DNA of 64,000 bases from Pelomyxa schiedti (taxonomy: Eukaryota; Protista; Evosea), in NCBI GenBank assembly GCA_020536535.1, contig JAHLWZ010000824.1, positions 1 to 64,000 on the forward strand. The letters run 5' to 3'. The notes under the pieces are model-generated. The model was not told the origin of the DNA and did not search any database. It saw only the letters and a program-made list of their open reading frames with translations. The position numbers and the translations under genes are program-made. Positions 23,752-34,975 of the stretch are shown one piece after another (the first letter of the stretch is position 1; each line of letters starts with the position of its first letter).

Positions 23752-26269
23752 TCAAGAATGGTTTTGTTGGTTGGGCCTGTTGCTAAGCACATCCAAGGCA
23801 GATAGCCTCTGGGTGTGGTCTGGGTGAAGCATGCCCTGCAATATGGCAATGGTTTGAGGTCGGTAGCTGATCACATCAGGCCGAAGGGGTGGTAACATGG
23901 ACAGTGTGAAATCAGATTGGCTTCTATTGATAAGTGCCTGTGGGTTGGTGCATAGCAACTTCCAGAACACCATTGCAACTGCAAAAGAGTCAGCATTCTG
24001 GTATGGCACAACTGTGAGCCTGCTTGCTCCCGTGTCCCTTTGAGTTAGAGCATTGAGGTTTGCATCTTCAACCAGCCTGGATATATCAGGTGGTAAGGTG
24101 AATGGGTTACCCCATGCTTCCTCCCTTGTGAGGTCGATGCTCACTGTCATCTGTTGGTTATGTTCGGTAACAACAGAGAGGCCAAAGTCAATGAGGGAGA
24201 GGTTAAGTTGGTTTGTGCCACCCGTTGTTGTGCTCACCCTGACCAGAATGTTATCACCCTGAGGTTTTCATTACCTTCATTTGTTACAGTAAATTGAGGT
24301 AGAACAAACTTTAATGTCTCTGTGGACAGTGAAATTCTTTGTCAGGTGAGCAACTGCCAATAGGGCTTGTTTCAACAGAGAAATGACTTCACTAATGGGT
24401 GTGCTTGGGTTTTCTGCAAGGAACTTATCAAGTGTAGTCCCTGTAAGAAAAATGAACACTTGGCATTGCAATGATTTTAATAAAAAAAACTTACCACCAT
24501 GTGGCATCAATATAACCAGTGAACGTTGCTGAGACCACTCAGCGTAAACTGGGTATTCTGTTTATGGTAAACTGTGCTGGAAAAAGATAGTCACTTACTA
24601 ATCTTGATTTGTTGAATCCATGATTCAGGAAGAGTTGCAAAGAAAGTACATATTGGGTGTAGAATATTTTTGTGGCTGGGTAGGAAAGATAGGCTTCTAA
24701 CTTCACTTCGGTATCTATAAAAATTAACGTCAGTAGGACGGCAAAATTGAGGTGCTTACTTGTTTCGTATTACTGTTGGAGATGGATTTTGAGTAGCTGA
24801 CATGTCCATCATGAATTTGAGGCAAACTTGAAATGGAATTTTTGGATGCTTTGCTGAGAAAACTGCTCCATATGACCCACAGGATAACAATTGAACGGAG
24901 TTAAATTGTTGGATTTCTAACATCAGGCATGCTCGGGAGAGTACTTCAAATTTTGAGCATTCTTCAAATTTCCTTGTTGCAAACACATTTGAAAGAAAAA
25001 CGCAAAACCTTCACTAAGACAATTTAATCTCACTTTAATTTCGGCATTTTCTTGGCTAACTTGTTGATATGAATGAGACTTCATTTTTATAAACACAAAG
25101 GTACCTTCTTCGAGATCATTCAATCTTTGGGCTAGGTCATTGATTTCTGGAGAAAGAGTTAAGCTTGTGGTAAGGGCGATATCTTATATAGCAAAAATTA
25201 ACAAGTGCGAATGTAGGAGGAGACTTCTGGTGAAAGAGATTAAATCTCTATCATCTCTTTATTTATTATACTATACATACTACAATAAAGTAACCTCTGG
25301 TACGAGTCTGAAGGAGTTTTTTCAATTCAGCATTTTCTTGTTTCGTTCAAAACAATAAATTGCAGAAAGAGAGGAAACCTTGTCTAAGTTCGGCATTTTC
25401 TTGTTCAATTGCATGGAATGTAGGGAGTTTATCCACATTTGATTCCGCTTCAATCTAGTTTTCAGTTAGTGGGTCACAAACCCAACCCTGTTTCATGGTC
25501 ACACCTCTACTTGGGGTGTGACTGGTACCTCTGGTGCCAGTGGTTTTGTTGCAGATGTTTTTATTGCTTCGTCTAGGTTGTCATGCACCCACTGCAGGAA
25601 GTTGGCACGCCCGCCCATTGCCTTATATACCTCTTCCTCACTTTCCTTATTTACTTTTCCACCATGCCGAAGTATAAGCTGTGCACTCTTCATGTGCCCA
25701 ACGAGTAGTGCCTTGGCCAGTGGTGTTGTAATTGCTGGGTGGGTTAAATTTTCATATCCCAGCCTGTTTACATCAGTTCCTGGGTGTGACAGCATCACCT
25801 CCACCATTCCTGCCCTTTCTTTACAAGTTCCACCACTGTGCATCGCAGCATGAAGTGGACTGTATGACCCCAGTGCACCACGCGCCCCTTTGTTTGGGTC
25901 AATTCCAGGACATGCAAGTAACTGAACAGCAACACCAGGCACGTCGAACATGCAGGCACGCCAAAGTGGTGTATCACCCCCAGCATCAGCCTGATTAATG
26001 TTTGTTGCCGTGAGTGGCTTATGTGGATGTGGAGGATGAAGTAAAACCATTGCAACAGAACCACTCCCAGCCTCGTGCAACAATGAACTGTAGTAATAAC
26101 TATTACTTTCCCATCTGTACATTGAGTGTATGTCAATGTTGGGGTTATCCTCAAGTAACCGTGTGACCAACTGTGCATCCCCGTTCTTTACTGCTTCCTT
26201 GAGTGACAATAAATTGTCCCTCAGTGCGGGCGCCAAGTCAGACATTTCGACTGACGGCTGTTGTCCCAT
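23752..26269 (-). CDS. Ankyrin-repeat + coiled-coil + protein kinase
   Basis: Ankyrin repeats GDTPLWRAC, YSPLHAAM and TTPLAKAL. Repeated QENAE(L/I) coil. Kinase motifs LSCGSYGAVF, VCLKFM, HRDIK/GDNILV, LIDFG, DSFAVAMVFW and ML.PD..QRLSA. The N-terminal MGQQPS may be myristoylated. Confidence 0.85.
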
Positions 26270-26402
26270 TGTGGTAGTGGAGGTTAATTACACTACGGGG
26301 GTGTATCACCAAGAAGTGGGGAGGCCAACGGGGGCTCAACCAGGTTGGATCTGTTCAGATCTGTTCAACAGGTTTTGAAAACTAAGTTGATGAGGGGCTC
26401 AT

Positions 26403-26661
26403 GTGCACCAACGTCCAAATTGGGCCCTCTATGCACAAGCCAAGATTTTCGCAATCGAGATCACTGATTCACACAACTTTCTGTTGGCTCACGCAGAGTA
26501 TGTGATACCAAGTACACACCAGGCAGAGCTGGCCCTCAACGCAAGAAGTGAGTGCATACATCTAAAATGTCAACACACCCAATATGCCATTGAACAACTT
26601 CTTCACCCTCCGCATCGAGGTCACTGACTACTTTGACGCACACTCACCCTATGCCCTCTGA
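26403..26661 (+). pseudogene. F-box copy 2, displaced 3' part
   Basis: LYAQAKIFAIEITDSH..LAHAEYVIP and (after a frameshift) FTLRIEVTDYF align with copy 1 LYAQAKHFAIEITDSR..LAQQEFVAP..FHLRIDVTDHF. Confidence 0.8.
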
Positions 26662-26779
26662 CTTGCGTAAAAATACTCCTTGAACCCACAAACAATGATA
26701 GGATAACTGGCTTGTTTTTTCTTCCCCTGGTTCCAACAGCTAAATACAAAAAAACCAAAGGAAACAAAAAATTCTTCAT

Positions 26780-28474
26780 TTATTTGATCAAACTGGAGTG
26801 TATACATATGGCACAGTGATGTATGTTTCCACAATCAGCAGCGTGAGTGTAACCAAACACCAAGGAATCTGACAAGAGATACTTCGACAAGTTGCTTGAG
26901 GGAATCAGCAGGTCCCAGTTCGGGTTGTTGTTGCTCATTTTCCTTATGAACAACATACCAGCCGGCCCTTTCATGTCTTCTCCCTGGTTTATACGCAACA
27001 ACGCCTGTGCAATTGTGAGATTGGGAATAAACTATGATACGAATGTGGCATACCTTTGCAGTCCATCCAGGTTCCCACTTCACTAGGCCATCTCCGGCAT
27101 AGTCTCAAATGGAAAACGCCCTTTGGTGAGTGTAAGAAAATTGGGAAAAGTAAAGTTTAGAAATACCAGGCCAGTGTTAATCGAGGCAGCACACAGACCA
27201 TCTGACGAATCACAGAATCTAATAAGCATTCCTTTTGTAGGTTTTTCAAGCAGAAGTGCTTCAGCCTCCTTTCTCCCAAGGAAACCAAAGTTCGATCCTC
27301 TTTTGCGTTCGTAAGATTGGAAAGAAAATAAAATGAACACATACAATGAAGCCAACTCATCAATGGCCTGTTGCCCAATCTGGAATTCTTCAATCGGTGA
27401 AGAGAGTAAGGCACAAATTTGCATCCAACGTTTTTGTGAGATACAATCTCCATAATCACAAGCTGAGAATCATTAATAAACTACAACATTATTGGTTGAT
27501 TAGTACCATTGAGGTTCCCCCAGGAAGATAGATCAGCGTGGAATACTCCTTTTACATTCTGGATGACACTGATCCACGCTATTTTGGACGCGGTTCCCTG
27601 TGACATAGCAGCCCAAAAAGTTTCCGGTGTGAAGAAGAGGCCTGAAAGGATCGGCGAGGCAGCAGGAATGGCGACAGGGCACGGCGATTGCATCTTTGGA
27701 ACCCCTTTGATAAGGACAGTGAGATAACGAATAAATACGTGCTGGAGTGATACTATAAACGATGCCAAAGTGAGCAAAGCAGTGTTGAACAGCGGACCAC
27801 TCATACAACATGAAGGAGTACCACTCCTTTTCCGGTGTTTGGGTAAGAGAGAGTAGCACCAGCCTGATGTATAGTGGTTGTTCTCCACCTAAAAAATATT
27901 TAAGTTCCTTGTGTGCTATAATAAAATTAATAAAAATTTTCCGCAATAATCCCAAATAATAAACAAATTACATTCATTAATGCACAAATAAATTCTTGAA
28001 TGGGATATGTAACATACTTGCGATATTTGTTCTTGGTTTTGCAACAAGGTATTGGCCGCCGCAGAGGGCAACTCTACCGGCTGTCCCATAATCCGCAGAT
28101 GCCTCGGCGCTCTCCCTGAATATGCCCCACAGAGCTGGATCGATTGACGGTGCCCAGTACGTGTCACAGGGCATTCCTCGCTCGCCATTGTACCTCACGG
28201 TCTCGAATAGAGCTCCCAGGCAAGCTTCCACGCCCATAATCACCTCTTCACTGTAGTTGTAGATGTAGTTAAACACCACGGTATCGTCACCCTGAGGATG
28301 ATTTCCATTTTGTTGAGCCTGGCTGTGGTGCTGTTGATCGCCAATTGTGGGAAGCGTTGGTGTCGTAGACATCGGCATTTTAAACGATGAGACCAGAGAC
28401 ATCGTGAGGGTGTTGGTCAGGTGCTGCCGTGCTGCAGTGGCAGTTATGGGATAACCCATTTGTGCTGTTGTCAT
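26780..28474 (-). CDS. SH2-domain-containing protein
   Basis: NFGFLGRKEAEALLLEKPTKGMLIRFCDSSDGLCAA is a STAT-type SH2 core. Multi-exon; the N-terminal domain is unidentified. Confidence 0.7.
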
Positions 28475-28564
28475 TTTCAGTGTGGTGACAGAGAATGGAG
28501 AATGGTGTCGCTTTTAAGAGAAACTGGACAACCTGGTCGCTTGATACCTGGCTTTTTTTTTTTG

Positions 28565-29860
28565 ATGCTTTCGGTTGTAAAGTTCATTGATGCAGGGCAT
28601 CAATTTGTGGCGCTTGGGTGTGGCGTACTGCCTCGGTGTGGCACGTCCAGCGCGGCCAACGCGCTGTCGGCCACACTTCTGCGCCACATCGGCAGCCTGT
28701 GGGTCGTCAGCGAGTCCCGCATCGTGACGTTCTGCGCCCACCGCGGGCCCTGCGACCCCGTCGACCGCGCCCTGCACACGTTTGTGTTCTCCACCTCGCC
28801 GACGCTGGGGCTGGTCCGCGGCCTGCTCGACGTCCACTCCTCGCCGGAGCACTTTGGGTGCGCCTGGCTGCCGTCCCACGGTCCCCACAGCGACCGCTTG
28901 CACTCTCTCATACTCAAGAGCGTGAACCCAGAGGGCGGGGTTCGGGTATCCACTAGCTTAGAGCCCTGTATTGTTCTTCGCCGGCTAAACTTTAAGGGGC
29001 CCCTGGCAGGCACCGTGGTGGACTACTACAACTATGCAGGGGGCTCCACGGTGCTCCACGCCCGGTTAAATGACAAGTGGGCCGTGGTCATCGGCGCCAC
29101 GGGAAACAGCCGGGACGGCTACCGAGACCTGGCCCTGTGCATCCACATCTGGCCCGCACCGGACTTCCTCCAGGGCCACGCCGTCGAGGTCCCCCTGGTT
29201 GGAGACGGCGCCGACGACTGCCCAGTGGCCGCGGACTTCACCTGCTCCCTCTCCAGCGAGTGCGGGACCGCCGCCACCGACGAGTTCACCGTCGTGTTCT
29301 CGTTCTGGCTCATCGTCACCATAGACCTCGCCGCGTCCTACAGCACCGGCGCCCTCGTGACCACGCGCTCCAAGGAAGGACACTACGGCACGCCTGCGCG
29401 GTGCCACCTGATCGACGGGCGGTTCCTCCACACCCCCAGGGGGCCCGCCGTCGTCCTGTGCAGCAAGTTCGCCTCGCCCGACGCCCGGTGCTACATCATG
29501 TACCTCGCCACGGGGCGCCTGGACCGGGCTGCGGCATTCCCCTTTGGCCAAGTGGAAGGCTGCACTGTGGCTGCATTCCGCGACGACACCGGCGTCTGTG
29601 TTGTGTACGACGCCCGCAGGACTCTCCCTGGGCCGGTGTGCGTGCACAAGCGCGGGGAAGCTGGGTCCTCGGTGAAGGTGGTGCGGCCCGGGATGGTTGT
29701 CCACGTGCACAATCACATCGAGCTCTGCAAGTACCCTTTCATGCCGCTCACAGTCACAACCTTGGAGTTTGTGGAGGCTACTTCGGGCATGCATGTCCTC
29801 ACACTGTCTTCTGATGAGGGAAAGACCCCTCTGGAGGTCACCTCCTATTGCTTGTTTTGA
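28565..29860 (+). CDS. Single-exon uncharacterised protein, 'HPRCG-motif' family member 2
   Basis: HQFVALGCGVLPRCGTSSAANALSATLLRHIG, FSTSPTLGLV, NDKW, IDLAASYSTGAL and LEFVEATSGMHVLTL. Likely ATG at 28565. Confidence 0.8.
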   Translation: MLSVVKFIDAGHQFVALGCGVLPRCGTSSAANALSATLLRHIGSLWVVSESRIVTFCAHRGPCDPVDRALHTFVFSTSPTLGLVRGLLDVHSSPEHFGCAWLPSHGPHSDRLHSLILKSVNPEGGVRVSTSLEPCIVLRRLNFKGPLAGTVVDYYNYAGGSTVLHARLNDKWAVVIGATGNSRDGYRDLALCIHIWPAPDFLQGHAVEVPLVGDGADDCPVAADFTCSLSSECGTAATDEFTVVFSFWLIVTIDLAASYSTGALVTTRSKEGHYGTPARCHLIDGRFLHTPRGPAVVLCSKFASPDARCYIMYLATGRLDRAAAFPFGQVEGCTVAAFRDDTGVCVVYDARRTLPGPVCVHKRGEAGSSVKVVRPGMVVHVHNHIELCKYPFMPLTVTTLEFVEATSGMHVLTLSSDEGKTPLEVTSYCLF

Positions 29861-29992
29861 TGACAGACAGTAGGAATAAATTCAGAAAGTTCCAGAATAG
29901 TGGCCATTCAGTGGTTTTTTCTACAACCCACATCTACTACCTTCGCATAATCAGCCGGTGATTTGCGTCGCCAGAGACGCTTGATCGGTTAA

Positions 29993-31807
29993 ATGTACTC
30001 GGCCGACGACGAGAGCGTAGCGAGCGACACAGAGGTGCAGCTCAGCGCTCCCGAGGACGGGGAGGAGTCACCAGGGGAGGAGGACCCGTGCGACGACGGT
30101 CGCTCCCCCACAACACAGTCGCTGTCGATTGGCGCCGTGGGGGTCGCGGGCCTGCCTCTGCGAACGGGGCACGTGAGGAGCCACAGGAACCCCTACTGCG
30201 TCGTGGAGCTACGCACCAGGTCCGTCTCTGACGACCCGGCCCTGCGGGGCCGCAACTTGAAGTCCACCTCGATAAAGGTAATTATGGGTTGCTCCGGTGT
30301 GCTTGTGGGGGGTTGGAGTATGTTGCCACTGTTTGGAAATTAAATTTGGCCATCAAACCATGCAATACGAAATTCAAGACGCCAAAAGTCAAGAATCGGT
30401 TTTCAGCCCAGTGGGATAATATTGGAACCCTAGTTTGTAAGTGGGATCTACATCCAAAGGTAATTTTCTTCATTCAGTGGGTTTTTCTACCCACCAACTG
30501 ACTTTTATAAGGATATGATTGTTGTGCGAGTTTATGACGAGCATGTTCTCGCTAATATAGAATTGATCACAATGGCGGAGTTCCCGCTATTCTTGTTCAT
30601 TACGGACGACCACACACAGCCCAAAACTGTTACATTACCGCTTCATATCTCCCCATCACTGGATTCCTCCATCACAGTACAAGCAACACTTCCGCATCCT
30701 TATCCACCGAAGTTTTCTTTGCTTCTGAGGCAACGCCAAGTATTTGCTTTTACCTGTGCACTACATGCCAGGGTTGGTGCAGCAAGTGTCGCTCGTATCC
30801 TGCCGTCACAGATAGTCTCATACATATGCACACTCATCAGAGGGGAGAGTCCACACACACTTCAAGGGGTACTTTCTCGTACCTTGGATTACCTGTCAAT
30901 TGTGCATCACTATTCACCTCCACAATGGATAGAAAGTAGCTATATGCGGTTGTTCAAGTATCTCAAAGAGTCCTCTGGAAACATGTGCACAAGTCAAGAA
31001 GGGCAAGCCACGGTCAGTGCCAACGTTGTTATAGAAACCAACGCCTTTTCTGTCAGACTGGAAGTGCCTTGCACTCCTACCGTAGTGCACCATACCCAAC
31101 TGAAGAAGTTGGTGGAAACTGCAAAGAATACTGTCATGGAGCCCCATTGCTTTGAGACACTTTCTTTTGGTGGAACGTCCTATCCAACACACCTCTGCAC
31201 TCAACCGAGTATCTCCTACACTATTTCCACCCTTCATCCCTCCATGATGCTAAGTTTTGGAGCGTTCAGTCATGTAATTGCCTCTCTGAAAGCAGTTCTT
31301 CCCCTTACAGATGGAATGAGTGGTGTGGGTATACATGCTGTCCATGGAACCAAAGTATTTGCTGCCTGCTTTAAAGTAGGAACAGAAAATCTGAATGAAC
31401 TGCTTCATATCCTACACAGAGGCCCTGCAGTTCCAGACCGCAAAGAGAAGTCTCCACCTTTCTTCCCTTCGTCAATATCCAAGCAACACCGGGTAGTCAG
31501 CGTTTCTGCATTTTCAGGCAAGCACACCTTCGAATTCTTCATTGTGTCATTCCCCCTACGTGATTCAGACTGGTCTCCACCATTTCCACAAAGAACAGCC
31601 CCAGCCCCTGAGAGTATATTGAAAATATTAAGCAATGTGGTGGAAGGAGGACAGTTCCTCACATTGTCTCATCTACACACATCAGAGGCAGGTCTGGTGA
31701 TGAATGGTCGACTGCCTTCTGCTGTTGAAGTGGAGATTAATAACACATATGGAAGTGCTTGCTTTACTCCAAGGTGGGTATGGCAATTCCCCAATTTGTG
31801 TGGGTAA
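29993..31807 (+). CDS. C2-domain protein carrying an internal HxRxG motif and an unknown C-terminal domain
   Basis: C2-like NPYCVVEL, FKTPKVKNRFSAQW and IVVRVYDEHVL. Motif RQVFAFTCALHARVGAASVARILPSQIVSYIC. Confidence 0.65.
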
Positions 31808-31929
31808 GCACAAAACAGGCCAAAAAAAAAAAGTTTTTTTCCAAATAAACAAGTTTGTACAATTTCTCCTTTCCTCCCCAGAAAAAAAGAAATGCGTTCT
31901 GGTATTACAAAGAAATAGATGCCGCCTTG

Positions 31930-32850
31930 TCAGAAGTAAACATGCAATGTAGACTCTATCTCTGTTCTGCAGTTTGGACATATTTTCATTCCAACAGCGC
32001 AATCATGACAGCACAGAATGTGGCAGCAAGGTTGAAAAACGACCTTACGCTGCCTCTCCATGCACACTATGCAATCCAAGTCTGCAATAGAATATGACCT
32101 GGCTATTGATCTAATAGATGAAGACAAATTTGATACTGGCAGTAGTGACGGATTGGGGTTCAGGACATTAGGTGGTGCTGTTGGTGAGCTGATGCTTATC
32201 GATGGTGGTGTTGGTGTTTCCGGATTCAAAGTAGTAGTATTAGAGTGAGGAACCTCGGGATTGAGAAATGGTTGTGGGGAAGGCAGCACCGGCGGAGCAA
32301 GTGACCGGCGTGACTGCGTAGGGCTGTTGTATTGAGGTGGGTTTTGAAACATAGATATGAGTGACCGGAGTGGCCTAGCGGCTCCTGTGGCAATGGGGTT
32401 TGCCGTTGGGCTACTCGAGATAGGAAGAGTAGCGGCGGTATCGGCAGTTCCATCGGGAATCCCCAGAGGATAGGTTGGAGTTGTAGTGTTCGAAGTGAGT
32501 TGGATTCCACCATCACTATCACGAGCACCACTATCATTAATACCACCGCGGCTAATAGCAGTTGCGTTTGTGGCCGGTTCGTTGGCACTAGTGCCAATTG
32601 ATGCTGATGAACTTGGAGGTGGCTGGTTGTGGCTCCCCGTGATGCTGCTTCGTACACCAGAGTCACTTATGGAGGCAGTGTTGGCGAGTGTGGTTTCTCT
32701 GGGAGTAGTGTCTGTGAGGCTACTGTTGATAGTATTAGAAGCAACACTGGGAGCAGCAGTGGTAGTTCTGGAAGCGGCGTTGCTGCTTCTGTACGGGGAC
32801 CTACCGTCCGTGGTGTTTCTTCTCGTAGGGTAAACAACTCTGTATATCAT
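31930..32850 (-). CDS. C-terminal RING-HC (IAP/MGRN-type) E3 ubiquitin ligase-like protein
   Basis: CIVCMERQRKVVFQPCCHILCCHDCAVGMKICPNCRTEIESTLHVYF after a Ser/Thr/Pro-rich region. Confidence 0.85.
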   Translation of the reverse strand: MIYRVVYPTRRNTTDGRSPYRSSNAASRTTTAAPSVASNTINSSLTDTTPRETTLANTASISDSGVRSSITGSHNQPPPSSSASIGTSANEPATNATAISRGGINDSGARDSDGGIQLTSNTTTPTYPLGIPDGTADTAATLPISSSPTANPIATGAARPLRSLISMFQNPPQYNSPTQSRRSLAPPVLPSPQPFLNPEVPHSNTTTLNPETPTPPSISISSPTAPPNVLNPNPSLLPVSNLSSSIRSIARSYSIADLDCIVCMERQRKVVFQPCCHILCCHDCAVGMKICPNCRTEIESTLHVYF

Positions 32851-33158
32851 CTTTCAGTACAACTGTGGGGTTATATTATACTTTGCTTCGGTTTTTTTTT
32901 GCGAAACCCCGACGCGTCCCACCGTCGTTTTCCAAGAAGACAAAAGAAATCAACCCAGAATTAGCCCTCTTCAACTTGGACTTGGAGGGATTCCTTGTTC
33001 CTTCAGGAGCAGAAGCGTAACACTATAAACAAGATAAAGGAGCACACTCCTCCAGAACTGGAAAGGGAGATCACCTGGTCTCATCCCTTCACTGGAAGGA
33101 CCAACGTTGGGTTGAGAAATGCGGCCGAACAGCGAGCATTTTTGATTTCCTTATTCCA

Positions 33159-34892
33159 ATGTCGACGGTTGGGCCTGGGACTGGTAGCCCTGCTCACTGC
33201 GGGTGGGTCACTGTGCTGCAGATTCGTCCTTCGGGCGACAACGCCTCCGCCGCGGCGCTGCTCAGCAAGTCCCTCGAGGAGCAGGCACGCACCAAAGGGG
33301 GCCTGAGCCCCCAGTTCGCCGTCTTCCCGGAGGAGTTTGTCGACGGCTCCCCGCTGCTGCGCCTGACCCTCCCCGCCGACTCCCCCGGGTGCCTGGGCAG
33401 CCCCGCGGACCGCCGCTGGTGGGCCCCCTTCGCCGACTCGGCGAGATCCTCGCGCTGCTGCCTCGTCCTTGGGTCCGTTGCAGAGCAAGTCCAGTCTGCC
33501 TCCACTGCCACTGCCACTGGTGCCTCTACGACTGTGAGCGAGAGCGAGGGCGCGAGTGCGAGCGGGAGCGGGAGTTGCGGGGGGGAACACAATGACGGGA
33601 CAGCGCTGTGCTACAACACCAGCGTGGTGCTTGGCGACGACGGGGAGCCTGTGATGAGGTACAGGAAGAGACACCTGGTCGCCGGGGAGGAGATGATGAC
33701 GAGGACTCCTGGCAACAGCCTTGGCCTGGCTTGGGCAAAGGGCCGGCCGATATCTGTAATGATATGCCACGACCTGGACAACCCGGAGCTCAGAAACGAG
33801 TGCTTTACCGCTGTTGCTAATGTATGTTTGTGCGCCAACAGCTAAAGTCGACTTCAACTAATTGGATTAATGGGTGTTGGACATGGAGTTACAAAGTACT
33901 AACTAAGTCTGATAAATTAGTTACCACCACCTGGTTCCATGGAAGAACCTAGAGGAAGACCGCTGGTATTCAACCCTAATGCTGTGGGCCCAGCATCAAT
34001 GCAAGCCCAAACGCTTCAAATGATTGAAAACGGTAGCTGGGTAACATCACTTGATGCCCTCAGACTTAGACTTGAACGAGAAGTACGTGCAAGTGGCGTT
34101 TCCATTGTGCGAGTCGGCACACCATTTGTACCCCCACCATATGAGAGCGAATCTCCAACTGTAGGAATTGGCTCCAGGTTGCTTATTGGTTGCATAAATG
34201 AGACGTATTAACCTTTTGCAATAGTATTATGATAACACCCAATGGAACTTATTTCCCGCCAACTTGCAAGCAAGCCGTTTTTGACTTTCCTCTTGATGCA
34301 TCAGCTGACTTATCAGCAATATACTCCAGTTTTCCTCTTCCCCCTCGCTCTCGGGAGCTAGATGAATCTGGTCTCAGGTTCACTGTTAAGTATGAGTCGA
34401 TTACAAAACCAAGCCATAATCTTACCCGTTTCCCTAAGATACACACGTTGGACCCCACAGCAGAGAGCAATCCTAGAATCAGTTGGAACTCCGCAATCTC
34501 CACTCCTTCACATAACCGACAAACACATAGCCCTAATTCTCAGCCCTGATCCCTCACACAACTGCATATGGGACACACCAACGCTCATAGCTTCCAAAGC
34601 ACCCCCGCCCCCTCAGACACTCCCAACACCTGACCCCAGTGCACTACCCCCAAATTGCACATGCCCATGTGGATGCACTACCATACCACAGTTAACCAAT
34701 GACAACTGGAGAGTGTGTGCTGACCCCATGTGGTGGGAATTTGGCCAACCACTGAGAGCAGCTGCAACAAATTCCAGAGAGCTTGTTGTGCTATTGGGCA
34801 ATTGTGATGTTGCAGTAGTCACGTTCACTGCCAACAACACCCCACTCAAAATATCAGACCTTCTGAAATTAGGTGTCAGCAAAAACACCTGA
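33159..34892 (+). CDS. Carbon-nitrogen hydrolase (nitrilase superfamily) with a C-terminal extension
   Basis: Catalytic triad contexts VFPEE (Glu), YRKRHL (Lys) and VMICHDL (Cys), plus YNTSVVL. Downstream exons continue to the stop at 34892. Confidence 0.8.
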
Positions 34893-34975
34893 TTTTGTTC
34901 CAGGAATGGTATTTGACTCTCTTGTTCTGAACATAATAAGCTATTTCATGGAATTCCACTATTTTTACCCGCACG

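Larger units (their letters stand above)
17876..26402. mobile_element. Putative inserted composite block of captured genes, bounded by short direct repeats
   Basis: Separates the two halves of F-box copy 2. GTGCAC occurs at 17870-17875 and 26403-26408. CATGTGCACC occurs at 23519-23528 and 26400-26409. No transposase recognised. Confidence 0.55.

Noticed and set aside
28514-29814. Long overlapping antisense and alternative-frame ORFs (also 169-750, 33081-33857, 34876-35505, 54741-55388)
   Set aside because: Explained by stop-codon scarcity in GC-rich or low-complexity coding DNA; no domain signal.
33050-33100. Hairpin AAGGGAGATCA..TGGTCTCATCCCTT in a divergent intergenic gap
   Set aside because: Single imperfect stem, no second copy and no ncRNA boxes.
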